Shown piece after piece: positions 62,330-64,000 of a DNA stretch of 64,000 nucleotides. The position numbers were made by a program, and so were the translations under genes. The stretch comes from Camelus ferus (taxonomy: Eukaryota), in assembly GCF_009834535.1 (NCBI RefSeq), contig NC_045707.1, forward strand, positions 54,562,001 through 54,626,000. Direction: 5' to 3'. Position 1 is the first letter of the stretch, and each line of letters begins with the position of its first letter. Under the pieces are notes generated by a model that was given only the letters and a program-made list of their open reading frames with translations, was not told where the DNA came from and searched no databases.

Positions 62330-63160
62330 GCAAGAGAAATTGAAGCTTTGCAATGACAGTTATAAGTTTTCCAAGTGTCTCTTTATAGAAATATTCCTGG
62401 TAATCAATTAAGAAGTAATGATAGAATTGGAACATCATCAGTTCGCAACCTCTAAAAAGCAGATGTTGGAAATGAATATATCAATGCTTGTTAACGTAGA
62501 AAAAGAAAGTCAACAGCAGACTAATTGTCTCCTAATGGAATAACATAATGCCACTTATGGATTGTTCTTGAAAATATCAAGCCTATTTCTCACAAAGTCT
62601 CTATATCTAACTTTCAATTTATAGGAAATAGAGGGAATAGATGTACACATTAGACAATACCACAGATACACAATCAATAAATCCAGGAATGTGGTGAACT
62701 CTATGGAAAAATGACCCTGTGTCTTCAACAAAGAGCAACAGAAAAAAATAAGAGAAGAAACATATAAGAACTGGGGCATAGAACCAATTTTAAACTATTA
62801 AAAGGTGAAATTATGAAACAGTAGGGAAAATGTGAGCACTAATTGGATAGTCAATGATTTTGAGGATTTATTGTTCGTTCTGGTGAGTAAGGGTATGGGA
62901 GTGAATTTTTAAAAGCCATTATATTTTAGAACAAACTAAAGTATTTATGAATTAACTTCTATGATGACTGGAATTTGATCCAAGGGGATGCAGGAGAAGC
63001 ATGGAAAGCAAAGCTTGCAGTGGTACAGAGGAAACAAGACTGGCCACAGGCTGATAAATATTGAAGCCAAGTGATTGATAGGTACAGGGGGATCATTAAA
63101 CTATACTCTACATTTTGCATATGTTCGATATTTCCCTTAATAAACATGTTATTTTAAAAA
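62330..63160 (+). mobile_element. Old L1MC/L1ME/HAL1-type 3'UTR
   Basis: caatttataggaaatagaggg...caatcaataaatccaggaatgtgg..aactct..ggaaaaatgaccctg.tcttcaacaaa; terminus ctctacattttgcatatgttcgatatttcccttaataaa. Confidence 0.7.
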
Positions 63161-64000
63161 ATTAATTAACACTCTGGCCACTTAACCGATAGGGATTTCT
63201 TAGCTCACCTTGTGCGTGGGCTCCAACTGTTCTGTTTGCCTGTTGCCCAGAACTCTTTTCTCTCTACTGTCTGCCTGACATTTTTCTAGATCTGTCCCAT
63301 TGACCAATACTGCTCTAGGAATACACACTTAATTATTTCATTTACTTAAAGGAGAAGTTTATCTTTCCCTCTCCATAGTAAATGTAGTCCTGCTTTTGAA
63401 TCCAAAGACTTACTAATATGTTATATTAAACTATGAGCCATCTATACCAGGTGTCAACCTTCCACATCCCACACTGGCAAAGACATTAAAATGCCAGGTC
63501 TATAATCTCCTTCTGACAAGCAGATTCTATGAGAGGAAGAAAGCAGTAAAAATATTTTTATTTCCTCCACTGACCTGAATTATACAACCACTACCTCTTT
63601 CATCTTTTTAATAGGCAGAAATGACTAAGATCAAGTTCTGATTTATATTTTTCCTTTGGTCTCTTTCCATGACTTTTACTTTTTATATAAGATATGTGCA
63701 TTGCTTGAAGGATATAACATTTTGTAATAAAATTAGAGGCAAGAAAATTTTCTCAGAATTTAAATTGAAAACAATTACTATGTAAAGTGAATGCTTTGAA
63801 TATTTCAGCAACTTTTCTAGTGAGGTATTTTTACATTTTAATTATGTATTTTTATCTTAATTTGGAAGAAGTAGGTGAATCATCCATAAAAAAAAAGTCC
63901 CTTTAAATCATTAATGAAAATTTCCTCTAAATTAGAATTGCATATTTTAACTCCATCCCTGACTAAAGTTCATATATTATACACTTACATAGTCTTGATA

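Overview
Mammalian genomic DNA, AT-rich and CpG-depleted, most likely camelid. That call rests on two tRNA-derived SINEs resembling Tylopoda Vic-1 and on seeing no Alu, B1, Bov-A or PRE elements. The only protein-coding sequence I can support is the 3' end of SLC6A15 (B0AT2 neutral amino-acid transporter) on the + strand: penultimate exon 3732-3894, last exon from 5019 with stop at 5388-5390, and a 3'UTR with a poly(A) signal at 6363. The remaining ~57 kb is gene-desert-like. It is filled with old interspersed repeats (HAL1/L1M, L2, MIR, MaLR MLT1, ERVL LTR16/LTR33, hAT and Tigger fossils), younger L1 fragments, a cluster of four ERV1-type LTRs at 55.5-60.7 kb, and a few repeat-free blocks that look like regulatory or exon-like sequence. 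I found no convincing novel biological system. The best second-look items are unusual retrotransposition structures (49.4-51.2 kb, 40.3-40.65 kb), an ERVL gag relic, candidate enhancers, and a speculative set of minus-strand exon-like units convergent with SLC6A15. Repeat family names come from recalled consensus sequences and boundaries are approximate unless a TSD is given; RepeatMasker/Dfam is needed to confirm them.
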